The position numbers were made by a program, and so were the translations under genes. DNA of 64,000 nt from a virus, in the IMG/VR virus record IMGVR_UViG_3300045996_002876, positions 42,315 to 106,314 of that record, one strand, 5' to 3'. Numbering within the stretch: position 1 is the stretch's first letter; the number at the start of each line of letters is the position of its first letter. The notes below the pieces were generated by a model. That model had not been told where the DNA came from. It was given only the letters and a program-made list of their open reading frames with translations, and did not search any database. Below are positions 30,548 through 41,206 of this stretch, in pieces.

Positions 30548-30928
30548 TCAGTACTCCGAGGGCAGGAGGATCAAGGGTACCGTGGTGTCCAGGTACAAGG
30601 TAATCTCGGAGAGCGGGAAATCCGTGAATTCCAGCTCCTTCCGCCAGTACACCGGCCCGGCCGTGTCGTGGACGCACTCCAGGACGGCGGTCCTGTCGGG
30701 GTTGACCCGGAGTTTCCAGAAGACCATGGGGTCTCTCCGGATCTCCGGCGTCTCCACCCAGGCCCCCCATATTTCGCCGAGGAGCCAGTGACAACCGGCC
30801 TCCCGCATTAAAAACCGGAAGCCTTCCGTGTACGTCAGATCCCGGAACAGGGGGTCCCGGTACGTCTGGTCCCCGCCGGTGAACTGGCGGAGCCCGGCCT
30901 CGAGGTCGGCGGCGGTCACTTCACACAC
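30548..30928 (-). CDS. DUF6876-like protein
   Basis: L.QFTG...Y, TEG, A.C.WL, WKL.V, EFTDFP and terminal LLPSEY. Confidence 0.75.
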   Translation of the reverse strand: MCEVTAADLEAGLRQFTGGDQTYRDPLFRDLTYTEGFRFLMREAGCHWLLGEIWGAWVETPEIRRDPMVFWKLRVNPDRTAVLECVHDTAGPVYWRKELEFTDFPLSEITLYLDTTVPLILLPSEY

Positions 30929-32110
30929 TCCTTGAGCCGGGCCCTATGTTCGGCCCACCAGAAAACCCAGACGACCCCCAGGGCGACCGGCCAGGCCAGG
31001 GCGTACCCGGCGTACCCGAGGAGGGCCCGCTTCGGCCGGCGGGGGTCCAGGAACGTCCCCAGGGCGAACAGGTAGACGGCCAGGGCGACGAGCAGGTAGT
31101 GGGTCACGGGCCGTCGTCCTCCCCGCCGGACTCGGAATCGTCCAGGAACGGGTACTTGCCGGCGTCGAAGGCCCCGACGAAGGACGACACCGCCTCGGGG
31201 GCCGGGATGCTCACGGTCTGGCTATCGCTTCCCTGCTCGAAGAACTCGACGGCCACCTCCCCGCCGGTCACCGAGGACTCGACCCAGTCGGAAAACGAGT
31301 ACCCGCCCTCGGGGTCGAACTTCCGGGTCAGCCAGTGGGCGACCGGGCAGTGGTGGCAGTCCTCGGGGTACCCGGACACGCCGGCTGCCCGGAGGGTGCC
31401 CGCGATCTTGTCCGGCGTGTCCCCCAGCTCGGCCAGGGCCGCCTCCAGGTCTTGTACGGTGATCTTCACGGTCTCTCCTTGGTCCTTCAGGAGCCCGCGG
31501 GCCTTCTCCGCCACGCCGGCGGTCGGGTTCCTGGGGGCGGCCTTCTTCTTGGGGGCGGTCATCGGTCCTCCAGGCGCCAGATGGACCACACGATCAGCAG
31601 GGTGAGGGCCGTCCGGGGGTCCAGGGCCCAGACGGCCGGGAGCATGACTTTGAGGTCCACCTAGGACGTCAGCCTTTCGCACTTCGGGCACACGAAGATC
31701 CGGCCCCCGGCCACGTGGTCGGCCGGCTTGAAGGCCTGGGCCCCGTCGTCCTCCTCGACCAGGATCCGCTCCTTGGCCGGCCCGTCGAACACGCACTGTT
31801 CGTCGTTCCAGAAGAACGCGAAGTCGCAGTGTTCGCAAACCCGGTAATACGTGTCCGGCGAGATCACCCCGTCAGCTATACCGTCCGCGTCCACCGGGAT
31901 CATGTCCGGCCGCTGGCACTTCGGGCACTTGCGAAACACCCGCGGGCCGTCGGTGTGGGAGACCTCGCACTCGGCCTCGTCGATGAACAGGTGGCAGTGG
32001 GGGCACCCGACGAACATCCCCCGGGAGACCGCCTTGACCAGCTCGTCGCAGGTGACCAGCCGGATCGACCAGAGGGGGAACCGGTCGAGGTCTCGGGTGT
32101 ATTTCGGCAC
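30916..32110 (-). CDS. Hypothetical genes: 30916-31107 (TM), 31104-31562, 31661-32110 (multi-CxxC)
   Basis: Co-oriented ORFs with normal composition. Confidence 0.6.
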
Positions 32111-32168
32111 TTTCAGGAACCTCCGGACGCCCGGCGGGCGACGTTAGTCGCCCGCCGGGCGGGGCTGG

Positions 32169-32768
32169 TTAGCAGGCGATCTGGGTGGCGGCCTCGGCCT
32201 TCTCCCGGAAGGCCGCCCGGGCCTCCTCGACCCCGGCGGCCACCGGCCCGCGGGCGTCCCCGAGGAGGTCGGCCAGGTCCCCGGCCCGCGCCCGGAGGGC
32301 GGTCAGCTTGGCCCCCATGGCCTTCAGGGTCCGGCTGTCCGTGTCCGGGCTGTACCCGGCGATCGTCCGGGCGTACTCGTCGGTCTGCCGGGCCAGCCCG
32401 TCGCGGACGGCGTCGCGGGCGATCTTCCGCCCGGCCGGGGTGTCCGGGACCGGGCTGTGGGACACGTCCCCGCCGGCCGCCAGGAGGGCCTTGCCGAAGG
32501 CCACGAACGCGTCCAGGCGGGCGGCCGGGACGAAGTGGACGCCGCTCCGGGGGCGGACCTGGAACGGGCTCATTGTGTCGAGGGCGACCTTCTGGAACAG
32601 GGCGGCCACGTCGGCCGCGGCGTAGGCGGGCTTGTCGGCCAGGTACCCGCCCAGGCCGTGGGCCTCGAGGGCGGCGGCCAGGTCGGCCGGGGCCAGGTCG
32701 GCCTCCGGGGTGGCCCACCACACCAGCTCGCCGAGGGGCTTCGGGGTCTCTTTCGTCGTCGGGGTCAA
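32169..32768 (-). CDS. DUF6744-like protein (short form)
   Basis: LGELVWW...AL..HGL and VR..SGVHFVP; TTG start after GGAG. Confidence 0.5.
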   Translation of the reverse strand: MTPTTKETPKPLGELVWWATPEADLAPADLAAALEAHGLGGYLADKPAYAAADVAALFQKVALDTMSPFQVRPRSGVHFVPAARLDAFVAFGKALLAAGGDVSHSPVPDTPAGRKIARDAVRDGLARQTDEYARTIAGYSPDTDSRTLKAMGAKLTALRARAGDLADLLGDARGPVAAGVEEARAAFREKAEAATQIAC

Positions 32769-32818
32769 GTCGGTCTCCGTAAGGAACAAGGGGTGTCTAC
32801 CGGCCGCCCACACGGGGC

Positions 32819-33280
32819 TCACTTTGCCTGGTCCGCCTCCGGGTCGTCGTACACGGCCCAGGCGGGCAGGGCGTCGCCGGGGGCCGGGGTTTCCGGGGAC
32901 GAGAAGTCCATCCGCTCGACCCGGTCGGCGATTTCGGGGAAGGTCAGCCGGTAAGTGTCGTTCAGGATGATGAGCCGGTTCCCGATACGGAAGGCCTCGT
33001 CCGCGGCCAGGCCGAGGAGGGCCTGGAGGACTTCGATCGGGACCGCGGACCCGTAGTAAACGTGCGCGGCCGGACTGACGGCCGGGGCGTAAACCCGACA
33101 GGTCGTGTCGCCCGGCTCGGGGGCGACGGCCCACACGGGGTCGAACAGGGCGCAGGCCACGCCCAGACAGCAGTAGGCGGGGCCGGTCGGGAGGTCCTTC
33201 CGGAGGGACCTCGTGGTCTGGCGGTGGTCGCCGGACCGGAGGGCGGCGACCCAGTCCTGTTTGGTTGGCGTCCGGGTCAT
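32819..33280 (-). CDS. Conserved phage hypothetical protein
   Basis: WVAALRSG...Q....L....YCCLGVAC...LND...TF.EIAD pattern. Confidence 0.7.
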   Translation of the reverse strand: MTRTPTKQDWVAALRSGDHRQTTRSLRKDLPTGPAYCCLGVACALFDPVWAVAPEPGDTTCRVYAPAVSPAAHVYYGSAVPIEVLQALLGLAADEAFRIGNRLIILNDTYRLTFPEIADRVERMDFSSPETPAPGDALPAWAVYDDPEADQAK

Positions 33281-33576
33281 CGGGCCTCCTGGGGTACGGC
33301 CTGGACGAACAGCCGGCCCTGCCGCATGTACACCCGGAGGCCCCCGCGGGACCGGCACAGCCGGTTCAGGGTGGCGTACAGGTGGGTCGGCTTGGTCCCG
33401 CGGGGGACCGGGACCTCGACGTACCCGCCGGTGGCCCCGCGGGCCCGGTCCAGGTAGGGGTCGTATTTGGACGTCGCGGCCGGCCGGCCCAGGCGGCCGG
33501 CGGGCGGGAGTTCGGTCAGGACGGGGATGGCGGTCAACGGGGTCTCCGGGTAAGGATTCGGGACCGGCGGGGCCAA
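33277..33576 (-). CDS. Hypothetical small protein
   Basis: ATGA-coupled to the downstream gene. Confidence 0.5.
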   Translation of the reverse strand: MAPPVPNPYPETPLTAIPVLTELPPAGRLGRPAATSKYDPYLDRARGATGGYVEVPVPRGTKPTHLYATLNRLCRSRGGLRVYMRQGRLFVQAVPQEAR

Positions 33577-33600
33577 AAGGCCCCGCCGGGCGGCCGGGGG

Positions 33601-35196
33601 TTAGTCGGCGATCTCGAGGCCGGCGGCGGCCATCACGGTCCGGGCCGCCCGGCCGGGGGAGCCGGCCCGCAGGTCGGTCAGTTCCGTCAGGGCCTCGGCC
33701 TCGTCCTGGGTGGCGTTGTTCCAGAAGGAGATCATGACCTCCTGGGGGTCGGTCTGGAGGGGGGCCCCGTCGGCCTCCGGGTCCCACAGGACCCGGTGGT
33801 CGTCGACGTCCACCCACAGGACCGGGTTGAGGCTGGCGTCCACGTACCCGGAGTCGGCCAGCGGGTGGTACGGGCTCCGGGCGTCCAGGTGGGCCAGGAG
33901 CAGGTCCTCGGCCATCCGCCGGTCGGCGGCCGCCCCGCCGGCGTCCGGAGGGGTCTCGGCCGGGTCCGGATCGACCGGGAAGTCGACCTCCCCGTCCAGC
34001 CCGACCCCCCGCTGAAAGGCCTCGACGGCCTCGTCCAGGGACCGGGGCTCGGCCGGAACGAACCCGGTCAGCCGGGGTGGCGTCGGCCGGTCGTCCGCCA
34101 GCACCTCGGCCAGGGGCCGGCCGGACAGCTCGGCCCGGACGGCCTCCGGGATGGCCCGGGTGGTCACGTCGTGCAGGCTGACCGCCGGGCTCGTCCCGGC
34201 CGGGGCGTCCGGGAGGGCCTTGAAGGTGGTGACCGACGACCCGGACCGGTAGGTCGTTCGGGTGACCTCCCGCCGCCCGCCGGCGGTGACCTCCGTCCAG
34301 GTGACCGAACTCAGGACGTCCGCCGGGCCCCCCTTGGCTTTCCGGTCCGCGTCGCCGGCGTCCGCCGGGGCGGTCGGAGGGGCGGGGCTTTTGAGGGCGG
34401 CCGGGACCGGGGTGTCGAAGTCCCCCTCGTACAGGGCGTGGTTGGTCCCGGCGTAGGCCCCGGCGTAGGCCCCGGCGTACCCGCCCTGCCAGGTCTTGCG
34501 GCTGGCGTACGTCCCGACGTCGAGCCGGCCGTACGCCCGGCACTTGTCCCAGGCCCCGTCGGTCACGTCGTACACGACCCGGCCGTCCAGGGGCTGGTGG
34601 AACCCGGGGGTCCACAGGCCGGCCGCCTCGACGGCCTCCTGGAGGTGGTCCTTCTTCGAGGACCAGGCCACCCCCATCCGGGTGCCCTTGTCGCGGAAGT
34701 CCATTCCGGCCAGGTCGCCCCCGTTGAAGAAGCAGACCCGCCACCGGCGGTCGCGGGAGTCGAACCACTCGATCGCCCCGTACGCCTCGACGTCGTCCAG
34801 GGACCGGCCCTCGGCCAGGTGGGCGAAGATGTGGGTCGAGTCGACGGCGAACGCCCGGTCGTACTTCCGGTTGAGCTCGGCGTGGTTGGCCACACACCCG
34901 TTGTGGGCCCCGACCACCGGGCCGACGACGAACGGGTGGGCGTTCTCCTTGGACTGCTCCCCGGTCGACGGGTACCGGGTGTGCAGGAACCCGCGGGGCT
35001 GGAGGGCCCAGTTGGTCCCGTACTGGGCCAGGAAGAGGGCCATGGTCTCGGCCCCCTTGCGGACCTTCTTGCCGTCGAACACCCCGTACCCCTTGCCCCC
35101 GCGGGCGTCGTTGTAGACCCCGAGGCCGAGGGCCAGGGCCCGCCGGGCCACCCGGCTCGGGGGGTTGCGCCACGCCCAACCTGCTATTCCGCACAC
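33601..35196 (-). CDS. Class II glutamine amidotransferase with long C-terminal extension
   Basis: N-terminal CGIAG, RG...YG, HTRYPS, AHPF, HNG and VDS. Confidence 0.9.
   Translation of the reverse strand: MCGIAGWAWRNPPSRVARRALALGLGVYNDARGGKGYGVFDGKKVRKGAETMALFLAQYGTNWALQPRGFLHTRYPSTGEQSKENAHPFVVGPVVGAHNGCVANHAELNRKYDRAFAVDSTHIFAHLAEGRSLDDVEAYGAIEWFDSRDRRWRVCFFNGGDLAGMDFRDKGTRMGVAWSSKKDHLQEAVEAAGLWTPGFHQPLDGRVVYDVTDGAWDKCRAYGRLDVGTYASRKTWQGGYAGAYAGAYAGTNHALYEGDFDTPVPAALKSPAPPTAPADAGDADRKAKGGPADVLSSVTWTEVTAGGRREVTRTTYRSGSSVTTFKALPDAPAGTSPAVSLHDVTTRAIPEAVRAELSGRPLAEVLADDRPTPPRLTGFVPAEPRSLDEAVEAFQRGVGLDGEVDFPVDPDPAETPPDAGGAAADRRMAEDLLLAHLDARSPYHPLADSGYVDASLNPVLWVDVDDHRVLWDPEADGAPLQTDPQEVMISFWNNATQDEAEALTELTDLRAGSPGRAARTVMAAAGLEIAD
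34447..34479 (-). repeat. 12-bp tandem repeat (about 3x) encoding YAGA
   Basis: cccggcgtaggc repeated on the plus strand. Confidence 0.8.
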
Positions 35197-35201
35197 GAGT
35201 A

Positions 35202-35699
35202 TTAGACCTTTCTGCCCTTGCGGGGCTTAACAGGTTTGGTGAGGACTTCGATTCCGGTAAGTCCTCGAATAATCCGATTTCTCAAGGTCGACGCCTTCTT
35301 GACCAAACAGCGGGGGTCTTTCAGCCAACCTTCGACGGACTTCGTCTCCCCGAAAGCCGTCACCGTCCACTTCCGGAAGACGTCTTGGGCCCTGCTCGAG
35401 TTGGCCGACATGGTTCGCCAGTGGCAGTTTTCGGGGCAATAGTCCCTGTCCGATCGCTCACGGTCTATGGTGAGCCCCTCGTGGTACCCGGAGGATTCGG
35501 CCCACTCTCGGAATTCGACGAAGGCCCTCCAGGCGTCACACACTTTCACGCCCTTGGCACCGTACCAACGATAAGCCTTACAACTTTCGTGGTGACACCT
35601 CTTGATCATCGCGTGCCAGACCCAGTACAGCTTGGTCGCGGACCCGCCGTGGGCGCCGGGGCGACTAAACCCTTTCCGGTCTTTTGGGATCCCGCTCAC
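35202..35699 (-). CDS. Free-standing HNH homing endonuclease
   Basis: LY.VW.AM..RC......Y..YG.KG..VC..W and LTIDR......Y.PENC.W; lower GC. Confidence 0.85.
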   Translation of the reverse strand: MSGIPKDRKGFSRPGAHGGSATKLYWVWHAMIKRCHHESCKAYRWYGAKGVKVCDAWRAFVEFREWAESSGYHEGLTIDRERSDRDYCPENCHWRTMSANSSRAQDVFRKWTVTAFGETKSVEGWLKDPRCLVKKASTLRNRIIRGLTGIEVLTKPVKPRKGRKV

Positions 35700-35701
35700 C
35701 T

Positions 35702-37588
35702 CTAAAATTCCTCGTACGGCGGGGCCTCGTGCCCGGCGAACTTCGCCTTCCGCTCCTCGAGCCAGGCCCGGACGTCGTCCGACGGGGCGACGGCCAGGAG
35801 GGCCTGCCAGGGGTCGCGGGGGAGGCCGTTGATCCGGTCCGTCGGCCAGGCGGTGGCCACGTGCAGGAGGTTGTCCCACAGGAGGGCCCAGGGGACGATC
35901 TTCTGCGGGTCGGTCGTCCCGGCCGCCAGCCGGCACTCGACCGTCCCCCGCCGCTTGCCCACCAGGGTCCGGTCCCGGCCCCGGCGGTCGAGGGTGTCCT
36001 TCGGGGTGTAGAAGTGGGCGTGCAGGTTGAGGGCGTAGTACCGGGCGGTGGCGTAGTGGTCGCGGGCCTGCTCCAGGTAGGCGGCCCCGGTCCGCCGCGG
36101 GCAGGGCTCGGTCGCCAGCAGGTTCCCGTCGGCGTCGAACCGGTCGATGACCCGGTTCAGGCTCGTACTCCCGAGCCCGCCGTAGACGGCCAGCCGGGCC
36201 AGGTGGCGGGTCCGGGCCTTCTGCCGGCCCCGGACGGCCTTCTCCGGGCACCCCCAGTACACGTACTTGTCCGGCTTCACGAGGTAGGCCCGGACGGCGG
36301 CCAGGAGCTTCTGCCCGCACTTCTCGCAGAAGTTCTTGCCGTCCCGGGTGTACGCGGAGTTCCGCCGCCGGCTGTCCGGGACGGCCAGGAACAGCCCGTC
36401 CTCGACGCGGGCGTACACCTCGACCAGGCGGAGGATCTGGGCCGAGCTCAGGTCCCGGCTGTCGGCGTGGACGTGCAGGCCGCACCGGGCGTTCACCCAG
36501 GCCCCGGCCGCCCGCAGGCTCCGGCACACGTCCTCCACCTGGTCGATAAACGGCTTGCCCCGGGCCGGGGACAGGTTGATCTCGAACCCGGAGGGCGGGA
36601 GGCTCCCGTCGTACACGACCGAGGCGTTCCAGCGGGCGCAGGCGTCGGCCACCCGGTGGGCCCGGCGGGCGTCCTTGAGCCCCCCGACCTCGAGCTCGAC
36701 CGACAGGTACCGGCGGGGGCCGCCGCCGGCCAGGGCCCGGCGGTGGGCGGCCCGGAGGGCGGCCAGGGGGGCCTCCTCGCGGGCCAGGGCCTCGGCGTAA
36801 GCCCACCGGTCGACCGGGTCGGCCCGTCGCTGTTCCCGGCGGAACTTCTCGGCCCGCTGTTCGACGGCGGCCGGGTCGGGCGGGTAGAAGGTCAGGGGCC
36901 GGCGGATCCAGTCGGGGCGGGTCGAGGCGTACGCCCGGCGGTCCTCCCGGTGGGCCTCGGCGGCGTGGGTGTCGTGGTCCTGGCCCGGGCGGAAGACGTT
37001 GGCCTCCGGGGGCGGGAGGGCGGCCGGGTCGAGGGGGGCGCAGGTACAGGCCGGGAGCCGGCACTCCGGGCAGCACCGGCAGGTCGTCCGCTGGCACCGG
37101 GGGCAGCAGTCGCAGGCCGCCGGGTACCGGGACGCGTGCCCGCAGACCCGGCAGGCGAGGTACCCGTCGGCCCGCCGCCGGTACCGGGCCGCGTCGAACG
37201 AGCCCGGCGGGTTGATGGCGGCGGCCGGGTCGTGGGCCGGGGCCGGGCGGCAGGCCGGGCAGGCCCCGCCCGCCAGGGGCTCGTCACACCCGGGGCACCG
37301 GGGGCAGTCGCAGTCCTCCGGGGTGTTCGCGCAGGTGTCACACGCCGGGGCGGACTCTTCGTCCTCGTCCGGGTCGTCTTCGTCGCCCTCCCACGCGTCG
37401 TCGGCGTAGAGGTCGTCCTCGTCGTCGACCGGGGCGGCGGGCGTCTCCGGGATCGGCATGGGGGACTCCGGGGGTTGGGGGAGGATGAAAAACCGGGGGT
37501 CGACCGGGATCGCCAGGTCCGCGAACTCGACCTCCCACGGGCCGCTCGTCGTTGTAACCGCGGTCCAGGCGTTCGGCGTATCGGGCAC
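35702..37588 (-). CDS. Putative amidoligase (COOH-NH2 ligase) with Cys-rich N-terminal region
   Basis: SVELEV, DGSL...GFEI, CGLHVH, RYYALN and TVECR. Confidence 0.85.
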   Translation of the reverse strand: MPDTPNAWTAVTTTSGPWEVEFADLAIPVDPRFFILPQPPESPMPIPETPAAPVDDEDDLYADDAWEGDEDDPDEDEESAPACDTCANTPEDCDCPRCPGCDEPLAGGACPACRPAPAHDPAAAINPPGSFDAARYRRRADGYLACRVCGHASRYPAACDCCPRCQRTTCRCCPECRLPACTCAPLDPAALPPPEANVFRPGQDHDTHAAEAHREDRRAYASTRPDWIRRPLTFYPPDPAAVEQRAEKFRREQRRADPVDRWAYAEALAREEAPLAALRAAHRRALAGGGPRRYLSVELEVGGLKDARRAHRVADACARWNASVVYDGSLPPSGFEINLSPARGKPFIDQVEDVCRSLRAAGAWVNARCGLHVHADSRDLSSAQILRLVEVYARVEDGLFLAVPDSRRRNSAYTRDGKNFCEKCGQKLLAAVRAYLVKPDKYVYWGCPEKAVRGRQKARTRHLARLAVYGGLGSTSLNRVIDRFDADGNLLATEPCPRRTGAAYLEQARDHYATARYYALNLHAHFYTPKDTLDRRGRDRTLVGKRRGTVECRLAAGTTDPQKIVPWALLWDNLLHVATAWPTDRINGLPRDPWQALLAVAPSDDVRAWLEERKAKFAGHEAPPYEEF

Positions 37589-37611
37589 GGCGGGCCTCCG
37601 GTGGGGGACAA

Positions 37612-37642
37612 ACCCGGCGGCGGCACAAGCCGCCGCCGGGTT
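37612..37642. terminator. Intergenic hairpin
   Basis: aacccggcggcggc-acaa-gccgccgccgggtt. Confidence 0.45.
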
Positions 37643-37660
37643 ACGGACACTCGGGGTTCG

Positions 37661-38730
37661 TCAGCTGACCCGCACGTGGGCCGCCGGGTGGTAGGTCACC
37701 GTCTGGTGCTTGAGGGCGGCCACCGCCCCGTCGGCCAGGCGGACGCCGCGGCACGGCTTCTTCAGGGTCACCCCGTAGTCGTCGCCGGTCTTGCGGCCGA
37801 CCAGGCTGGCCCGGACGTACAGCTCGCCGTTGAACTCGAACGCCCCGCCGACGGGGACGTCCTTGGCCTTCATGGCCGTCGGCTGGGCGGGGGCGGCCAC
37901 CGGGGCCGGGGTCACGGTCTTCATTCACAGGTCCTTTCGAAAGGGGTCAACAACGCACGCGTGTGGGCGGGACACCCGCCCGTGCTTCACTTTGGTCTCA
38001 GGGGGCCGGGCAGGCCCCGGTCAGGACGGGGTTCACGACCCGGCGGCCGGTGTTGGCCCGGTCCAGGGAGTCGGGGCTGAAGTCCGTCAGGTCGACGACG
38101 GGAACGCCGCTCGCCTGCGTCCCCCAGTGTCGGGTCAGGACGAGGTACAGGCGGGTGTCCAGGTCACGGCGGAAGACGTCCCCGGGTTTCAGATCCCCGG
38201 CCCGGACCGCGAGTTCGAGGGAGATCTCGACCTTCACGGGAGCTCCCCGGTCAGGGTCGGGTTCTGGACCTTAACGACCGGCGTGTCGGAGTTCAGCCGG
38301 GCGGGTTTTTTGGCCGTCAGGTCGAACACCCGCTGGTGGTCGTCGGCCTCGGGGTACGAGAACACCAGGTAGTAGGTGTCGGAAGGCTCGTGGTACACCA
38401 CGTTCCCCTGGGCCATGGTCCGGAGGCGGTGGCGGCGGTCCTTGCCGTGGCGGATGTCAAGTCTCATCACTGGCCCTCGGGGCAGAGGCGGGCGGCGACG
38501 ACGGTGACCATCTCGTCCGCCGCGATGAGCTGGACGATGTCCGCGGCCACGTTCAGGACGGCTCGCGTGCGGCGGCCGCGGGAGTACTCGCTCAAGAGGA
38601 TCTCGACGGCGGCGCACCACCGGGGGACGTAAAACACTTCCCGGTTCTTGGCCACACAGAACCCGCCGTCCGGGACGTCGCCGAGGCGGACCTGCGGGGG
38701 CGTGGCCAGGAGCTTGGGGTCGACCTTCAT
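37661..38730 (-). CDS. Four tandem small SH3-like paralogues (37661-37924, 37998-38237, 38234-38467, 38467-38730)
   Basis: Shared D[VL]P.G..F......Y pattern. Confidence 0.65.
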
Positions 38731-39068
38731 CACCAGCCCTCCGCGTCGTACAGGTTTGCGATACAGGAAACGTGCTTGCACTTTCGCCCCTGCCCGTGCT
38801 CGAAGGCCGGGCACGAGCAGGCCCATTTTCCGGCCCAGTCCCGCTCGACCCGGTAGGCCCGGCGGTCCATGCCGTCGGACCAGGCCAGGAGGATTCCCGC
38901 GTCGGTCAGGGCCGCCCGGTACCGCCGGGACAGGCCGGCGGCCGTCCCGATCACCACCTCGCCGGGCTCGGCCTCGGAGGGCCGCCGGGCCCAGTGCCAG
39001 GCCGCCCCCTTAGGTTCTACCGCGGGGTTCTTGACAGTCAAGGATTTAGTCTGAGTTTTTCTGAACAT
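38730..39068 (-). CDS. SWIM zinc-finger protein (start uncertain)
   Basis: Y.V.....W.CSCPAF......CKHV. Confidence 0.75.
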   Translation of the reverse strand: MFRKTQTKSLTVKNPAVEPKGAAWHWARRPSEAEPGEVVIGTAAGLSRRYRAALTDAGILLAWSDGMDRRAYRVERDWAGKWACSCPAFEHGQGRKCKHVSCIANLYDAEGW

Positions 39069-39174
39069 ACCAGGCACCTCCCGCCCCGACCGGCCACTTT
39101 GCCCCGTGGGTAAACGGCGACGCCGGGCGTGTGAGGCACGCCCGGCGTCGGGGGAGGGTCGGGTTGAGGGGAGG

Positions 39175-39642
39175 TCAGTCGTGACAGTACTCGGACACCT
39201 CGACGGCCCCGGGGCGGATCGTGACCTCGACGTGGTTCCCGAACATGCCCCGGTAGTCCTCGTCACCCAGAGAGTCGAGGAGGGCCTGGATCGGCAGGCA
39301 GGCCTGGGCCCGGGGGTCCTTGTCCCGCTTCTCGACGTACGGCCCGTAGGTCGAGGTCAGGAAGTTCCCCTCGAACGCGGCCTCCTCGTCGTCCGGCTCC
39401 TCGGGCGACGCCCGGTCCGAGAACAGGTACTCGGCGTCGTCGTGATTGGATCTGAAAATACACTCGTCGCCGTCATTGAAGTACGGCGTGTACATCGTGA
39501 AACGCACGCCGGTCAATCCGGGGACGGTCGCCATCTTCTCCTGGATGGCCTTCACGAACGGCTCCTTCAGGCCGTCCTTGAGTTCGTCGATCTTCTTCCG
39601 CATGGCGACGATGTCGGCCAGGCGGGCTTCCAGCTCACTCAT
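39175..39642 (-). CDS. Conserved phage protein with YTPYFNDGDEC motif
   Basis: Motif read directly; recurrent in phage hypothetical proteins (recalled). Confidence 0.7.
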   Translation of the reverse strand: MSELEARLADIVAMRKKIDELKDGLKEPFVKAIQEKMATVPGLTGVRFTMYTPYFNDGDECIFRSNHDDAEYLFSDRASPEEPDDEEAAFEGNFLTSTYGPYVEKRDKDPRAQACLPIQALLDSLGDEDYRGMFGNHVEVTIRPGAVEVSEYCHD

Positions 39643-39877
39643 GGACTTCGATCTCCTTGAGCTCGAACCCGACTTCGTACGGGCCGTCGTAGCTCTCGAT
39701 GGGGTAGCGGTTCTTGGGGTCGGCTTGCTCGGCCCGGAAGGTCGCGTTGAGGCGGTCGAGTTCGGCTTCGGCCCGGCCGCGGTCGGCGAACCCGGTGGTC
39801 GGGGCGTCGTAGTTCTCGGCGCTGTAGCACTGGTCGTTGTACTCGTAGGCGATCGGAACGATGACGTAGGCCTTCAC
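39635..39877 (-). CDS. Hypothetical protein
   Basis: GTGA overlap and SD GGAGG. Confidence 0.6.
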   Translation of the reverse strand: MKAYVIVPIAYEYNDQCYSAENYDAPTTGFADRGRAEAELDRLNATFRAEQADPKNRYPIESYDGPYEVGFELKEIEVHE

Positions 39878-40704
39878 GCAGAACCTCCTTGGCCGAAGTT
39901 GTTGGTCGCCGCCACGGCCCTCTCGTACTTCCGGGGAAGGTAGACAGTGGCCCGGCGGTAGAGTTCGGTTATTACGGATCGGGCGAATTTGTCCGAGGTG
40001 CCGAACTGGAAGATCGAGTAGTGCGGCCGAATCCTCGAGCGACACCCCGTGAGTCGGACGCAGTATTCGCGGAAGGCATCTACGATCGGAAGGCTTCCGA
40101 CCAGGCCGACCTTGTACTGGCGCCGGCCGTCGTGGACCCCGAGAGAGATGTATCCGTCACCGTCTACCAGCCCCCGAAAGTAGTCTTTGCGGAGGTAGTC
40201 CGGTATCGTCCCCTTCTGAGGGGGCGATAGGGTCAGTGACTTCCTGGGGGTGACGCCCAGTGAGATCAGGCGTTCGACCATGTGTGGACTGCTGAAGGCC
40301 ACCTGGTACGCCTGTTTGGCGTTGGCGTACCCCCTGCCGAGCTTGACTTTTGTGATGGTGTTCTTACACCCCAGGTGGGACCGAAAGACACTCAGGTGGT
40401 CTAAGTCCCGCTCGGACAACGACAGGCTTACGGTGTTCTTGGTTCTCCATTTGTCGGTGTTCCTGTACACGCACCCGTCCGCCGTTAGGAAGCCCAGCCA
40501 GTAGGCCTTCTCCGGGGCGTCGATCGCGTCGAAGTAGGTGTGGTGGCACGAGCCGACTTCTCGTGGGCGGCACGTTCCGAGAACGGTCCGGACGGCGTGG
40601 TAGGCCGTGGCAAGAGAGCATCCGAACTTGGCGACCAAATCGTTCAGGGAGGCTCCCCCGGAATACTCAGCGGCCAGAGCCTCGTAGTCGTACTTCTTCG
40701 CCAG
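39874..40704 (-). CDS. HTH + two-motif LAGLIDADG homing endonuclease, probable CTG start
   Basis: AYWLGFLTADG and YFRGLVDGDG, YLPRKY; lower GC. Confidence 0.88.
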   Translation of the reverse strand: MAKKYDYEALAAEYSGGASLNDLVAKFGCSLATAYHAVRTVLGTCRPREVGSCHHTYFDAIDAPEKAYWLGFLTADGCVYRNTDKWRTKNTVSLSLSERDLDHLSVFRSHLGCKNTITKVKLGRGYANAKQAYQVAFSSPHMVERLISLGVTPRKSLTLSPPQKGTIPDYLRKDYFRGLVDGDGYISLGVHDGRRQYKVGLVGSLPIVDAFREYCVRLTGCRSRIRPHYSIFQFGTSDKFARSVITELYRRATVYLPRKYERAVAATNNFGQGGSA

Positions 40705-40705
40705 G

Positions 40706-41206
40706 TTAGTCCTTATCTGTCGTCTTGGTGGCGGTCGTCTTTTTGGTGGCCGCGATCCGGCTGAAGGACGGTGGGTGCCCGAGGCCCGCCATCCAATTCT
40801 TGAACTCCATGTCCTGGAGGAAATCCTGGGCCGTCGGGATGTACCCACGGAGGTCTTCCTTGATATGCTGCTCGCCTACCTCGCGGGTGGAGACGGCCTT
40901 TATGTACCCCTGGCGGACCAGTTCCCGCTGTTCGATTTCGATCTGGATCTTCAGGTTCCGGACCTTCGCCAGGTGGAGTTCCAGGATGGCCCGGTGGTCC
41001 GGCTTGGCGGGGATCAGGACCTCGTGCCCGAGGGCCCGCTCCAGGACGGTCGAGAGGAACCAGGACTGGTGGGTGAGGGCCCGGTGCCTGTTGTCGGGGA
41101 GCGACCCCTTGCTCGAGTCGAGAAAGTCGTGTACCGGAAGGTACGCGGAGGGTTCGCCCCCGAACTTCCGGGCGGACGACTCGGCGTGGATAATTGGCTT
41201 GGCCAT
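40706..41206 (-). CDS. DUF6915-like protein
   Basis: HA.SSARKFGG, H.F.DSSK....D.RHRAL.H and EQH..ED..G.IPT..D. Confidence 0.8.
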   Translation of the reverse strand: MAKPIIHAESSARKFGGEPSAYLPVHDFLDSSKGSLPDNRHRALTHQSWFLSTVLERALGHEVLIPAKPDHRAILELHLAKVRNLKIQIEIEQRELVRQGYIKAVSTREVGEQHIKEDLRGYIPTAQDFLQDMEFKNWMAGLGHPPSFSRIAATKKTTATKTTDKD

